DNA of 37,642 nucleotides, from IMG/VR virus record IMGVR_UViG_3300022930_000009, positions 1-37,642 of that record, one strand, 5' to 3'. Below the pieces are notes generated by a model that saw nothing but the letters and a program-made list of their open reading frames with translations, ran no database searches and had not been told where the DNA came from. Source of the DNA: a virus. Lineage: Duplodnaviria; Caudoviricetes. The position numbers and the translations under genes are program-made. Position 1 is the first letter of the stretch. The number at the start of each line of letters is the position of its first letter. This document shows positions 34,592-37,642 of this stretch, in pieces.

Positions 34592-34822
34592 ATGGGAGCG
34601 GAGAAGGATACAAGTTCTGAACGAACTGCAGAGACGATCAACAACGAGTACACGCAAATTTGTATCCAGGTTGGGGACAAAATCCTTAAATCTGTACCTG
34701 ATTTTATAGGTGCTTACAAAGCTGTGGGTGACTTGATTAGAGAGAAGTCAAAGCTTGATCAACAGGTTGAGAAACAGGTTGAAACTTTAATCGGAAAGAA
34801 GAGCAATCTCAATGAAGTTTGA
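34592..34822 (+). CDS. Hypothetical protein
   Basis: GGGG SD; helical. Confidence 0.65.
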   Translation: MGAEKDTSSERTAETINNEYTQICIQVGDKILKSVPDFIGAYKAVGDLIREKSKLDQQVEKQVETLIGKKSNLNEV

Positions 34823-35096
34823 CGTCTTTCTAGACAACCGGTATCAAGAACTTCTATTCGCAAAGAACGAAGCCAAAGGTGAATTTGACCCTTTGAGAGA
34901 AGCTGAGATTAAAGCAACCCAAGAGATTCGGTCTGCTTACTTAACGGCTCTCAAGTGGGTGACTAAGCCAAAGGTGCTTGTCTCCTTCGTCCGCACCCGT
35001 CTTCAACTAGAGAAAGAACCTGAGCCCGTGCTTCTCAACGAGATGAAGCGGCTTCAGAAGGAAAAAGAGAAGAAAGATAAAGCAGAAAAGAAGTGA
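34812..35096 (+). CDS. Hypothetical protein
   Basis: Overlaps both neighbours. Confidence 0.65.
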   Translation: MKFDVFLDNRYQELLFAKNEAKGEFDPLREAEIKATQEIRSAYLTALKWVTKPKVLVSFVRTRLQLEKEPEPVLLNEMKRLQKEKEKKDKAEKK

Positions 35097-35569
35097 GCAA
35101 TGAATGGATCATACGTCCTGCAACGGGCCATGATCTTGCTTTCATCTACGACAGTTGGAAAACTTCGTACCGATTAGGCTCTTACTTCGGAAAGTCCTTT
35201 CGAAGGTTTAATAAGAACTACCAGGGCTACGACCGGGTCATTGATTGGATATTGACTAGGCCGTTGACTAAGATTCTAGTTGCTTGCTCAAGGGAAGAGC
35301 AATTTGTGGTCTTTGGCTACATCGTCTATCAGGAAGATTACCTACATTACGCGTTTGTGAAGAAGTCGTTTAGAAATTTAGGGATTTTTAATTCACTCTT
35401 TAAAGAGGCAGAGCGCCCTTACAACTTCTCACACCGAACGCAGCACTTCGAACCCGTTAGCAAAAAAAAAGAACTCAATTACGATCCGTTTATTCTCATG
35501 AGGGGGCAACATGGCCAAGACACCGACACCAGCGACGACAACGAACCCGTCTACTTTGGAAACGCCTAA
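35093..35569 (+). CDS. GNAT-fold acetyltransferase
   Basis: IRPATGHDLAFI start; VFGYIV; LHYAFVKKSFRNLGI motif A. Confidence 0.8.
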   Translation: MSNEWIIRPATGHDLAFIYDSWKTSYRLGSYFGKSFRRFNKNYQGYDRVIDWILTRPLTKILVACSREEQFVVFGYIVYQEDYLHYAFVKKSFRNLGIFNSLFKEAERPYNFSHRTQHFEPVSKKKELNYDPFILMRGQHGQDTDTSDDNEPVYFGNA

Positions 35570-35789
35570 GTTTGAAGCACTTAAGGTTTACCGTCATGCC
35601 AAGGTAGTGCATCTCTACGCAGGGGTTGATCTCATGGGATCAAAGACCTCTTCTCATTTTAAAGATTCGCTTCTCGAGGTCACTGATATTGGAGTGATTA
35701 TTCATTCTAAAAAAACGAGAAGAATTGTGCTCATTCCCTATTCGAACGTAAAAGGTTTGGAGCTGTTTGGTGAAAACGAAACAAAATAA
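35511..35789 (+). CDS. Hypothetical beta-rich protein
   Basis: GAGGGGG SD; C-terminal IVLIPYSNVKGL. Confidence 0.65.
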   Translation: MAKTPTPATTTNPSTLETPKFEALKVYRHAKVVHLYAGVDLMGSKTSSHFKDSLLEVTDIGVIIHSKKTRRIVLIPYSNVKGLELFGENETK

Positions 35790-36180
35790 GACAAAGAATA
35801 ACCCCCCCGTGCCAAGGCCCGTGGGAAGGCCTTATAGCGTCGATAAGATCACTTGCCATGAGAAGGCTAAAGCCATGGGAGTCGATCCGTTTGAGATCTT
35901 GCTCCTATTTGCTAAGGGCGATTGGAAGACGCTTGGATACGAATCAGAGAGAGTACTTAAAAGCTCCAATGGGGGCGAGACCTATGAGTGGACGATTGAG
36001 CCTAACGTCCGCATGAAAGCTTGTTCTGAAGTCTGCCACTACCTCTATTCCAAGAGAAGAAGCGTTGAAGTCAGAAAGAGTGAGTATGAAGCCCTTTCTG
36101 AATCAGAAAAGCTCTTTAAGATGAAAGAAGCAGTTGCCCTTCAGGAAGAGAAGGTAGCAAGCCTAACGAATGTTGAGTGA
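35767..36180 (+). CDS. Probable terminase small subunit
   Basis: GRP motif, DPFEIL, RMKA..E...YLYSKRRSVEV; directly upstream of TerL. Confidence 0.6.
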   Translation: MVKTKQNKTKNNPPVPRPVGRPYSVDKITCHEKAKAMGVDPFEILLLFAKGDWKTLGYESERVLKSSNGGETYEWTIEPNVRMKACSEVCHYLYSKRRSVEVRKSEYEALSESEKLFKMKEAVALQEEKVASLTNVE

Positions 36181-37642
36181 GCTCGTTGATTTCACGATTG
36201 AAGTAGGTGAAAAGCTCAGGCCAACGGAAGCGAAATTTGATTTAGAGAAGATTGCTTTTCCAAAACAGCTCGAATTCATCAGGAATAAGTCTAGGCTGAA
36301 AGCTTTGTTCTGCACGAGAAGAGCGTCAAAGTCCTATACGGGCGGCCTTTACATGGTGAAGGAAGCCATGGAGAACCCTGGAGTCAATTGCCTGTACATC
36401 GGGCTGACCAGGCTTTCTGCAAAAGGCATCTTGTGGAAGGACGTCTTAAAAGACATAGACCGGCGTTACAACTTAGGGATGACCTTTAACGGGACCGAGT
36501 TAAGAGCAACTTTACCCAACGGTTCAGTCCTTTGGCTGACTGGCGCAGATGCAGACCCTCAGGAAATGGAGAAACTCCTTGGACAAAAATATAAGCTGGT
36601 TGTCATCGACGAAGCGGCGAGCTTTACTCAAGATCTTAGACGCATGGTTTATGGAATACTCAAACCTGCCACTGTGGACCAGCAGGGAACAATCTGCTTA
36701 CTGGGAACATCTGGCAATCTTGTTTCAGGACTATTCTTTGATATTACAACAGGAGTTGAAAAAGGATGGGGACTCTTCACCTGGACAGCCTACGACAACC
36801 CGCACGTAGCAAAGCAGTGGCATGAAGAGATTGAAGAGATTAAGCGGGAACGTCCGGACTTCATGGAAACGCCACTTTTCAAGCAATGGTACTTAAACCA
36901 GTGGGTCATTGATGAAGAGAAGTTAGTCTACCGCTTCTCATTTGGTAGAAATGAATTCCAGTCTCTTCCTCGAGTCCACGGAGGGGAATGGACTTACGTG
37001 CTAGGCGTTGACTTAGGATACGACCCTGATCCATCAGCATTCGTGGTTGTGTGCTTTCATAGCTTTCTTCAAAAGCTCTTTGTCCTTCAGACCTTTAAGC
37101 AAACGAAGATGGACATCACAGACGTTGCCAACAAGATTAAGTATTACCAGTCCATGTTTAACTGCGAGCGAGTCGTCATCGACGGCGCTAATAAGCAAGC
37201 AGTCGAAGAGATTCAAAAGAGGCATGGGATCGCTTTAACTACCGCTGACAAGACGGGCAAGGTCGATTTCATCCAGATCATGAACGCTGAATTCATCCAA
37301 CGGCACATTGTTTTGTCTGAAGAGACGGATGACCTAAAAGAGGAATATCAAAAACTCATCTGGGACGAAGTGAAGTTAGCACGGAGCGGCAAGTACGAAG
37401 AGCATCCGAATTGCGCTAACCATTTAACTGACGCAGCGTTATATGCCTGGAGATTTTGTTATCAATTCCTATCCGAAATGCCAAAGAAGACACCAAATCT
37501 ACGCGACAAACAGGCTTTGATCGAGCACACTCAAAAAATAATGGAAGAGCGGCTTCAAGAAGAGATTGACCGTGAGGAGATGAAAGAGCGCGGTGAGTTT
37601 TACGATGAACTGATGGCTTTACCCGTAGAGACAGACGCACTT
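36170..37642 (+). CDS. terL: Terminase large subunit, 500 aa across the junction (not in ORF track)
   Basis: ATG 36170; FPKQ, Walker A-like TRRASKS, Walker B LVVIDEA, GTSG, DNPH, nuclease GVDLG and NHLTDAALYA. Confidence 0.95.
   Translation, partial: MLSELVDFTIEVGEKLRPTEAKFDLEKIAFPKQLEFIRNKSRLKALFCTRRASKSYTGGLYMVKEAMENPGVNCLYIGLTRLSAKGILWKDVLKDIDRRYNLGMTFNGTELRATLPNGSVLWLTGADADPQEMEKLLGQKYKLVVIDEAASFTQDLRRMVYGILKPATVDQQGTICLLGTSGNLVSGLFFDITTGVEKGWGLFTWTAYDNPHVAKQWHEEIEEIKRERPDFMETPLFKQWYLNQWVIDEEKLVYRFSFGRNEFQSLPRVHGGEWTYVLGVDLGYDPDPSAFVVVCFHSFLQKLFVLQTFKQTKMDITDVANKIKYYQSMFNCERVVIDGANKQAVEEIQKRHGIALTTADKTGKVDFIQIMNAEFIQRHIVLSEETDDLKEEYQKLIWDEVKLARSGKYEEHPNCANHLTDAALYAWRFCYQFLSEMPKKTPNLRDKQALIEHTQKIMEERLQEEIDREEMKERGEFYDELMALPVETDAL
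37516..37642. repeat. Terminal overlap, copy 2
   Basis: Identical to 1-127. Confidence 0.97.

Larger units (their letters stand above)
1..37642. mobile_element. Complete circular tailed-phage genome (37,515 bp unique), podovirus-like
   Basis: Identical ends; terminase, portal, scaffold, capsid, nozzle, fibre and lysis genes in phage order; no tape measure, sheath or host housekeeping genes seen. Confidence 0.95.

Overview
The window is a complete, circularly closed tailed-phage genome of 37,515 bp (bases 1-127 recur at 37516-37642), with podovirus-like gene order. The + strand runs TerS, TerL (missing from the ORF track, crosses the junction), portal, scaffold, major capsid, adaptor, nozzle, GNAT, three putative ejection proteins and a tail-fibre cassette. 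A - strand accessory block (25.6-29.2 kb) includes ERF recombinase, and a + strand block follows with an RHH regulator, CheY-like receiver, DUF1064 nuclease and lysis genes. Highlights: (1) a 195-nt ORF-less group I intron (4794-4988) splits the capsid gene, and its 3' end carries a Shine-Dalgarno plus in-frame AUG; (2) a free-standing EndoVII-type HNH gene behind a long hairpin lies just downstream, suggesting collaborative homing; (3) no replication, integration or partition gene is recognisable, but a ~680-nt highly structured non-coding locus (30.86-31.54 kb) is a candidate RNA-primed origin or large ncRNA; (4) an orphan response regulator, a lipoprotein beside the fibres and several short membrane ORFs. 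Functions come from motifs and synteny read by eye; no searches were run and the host is unknown.
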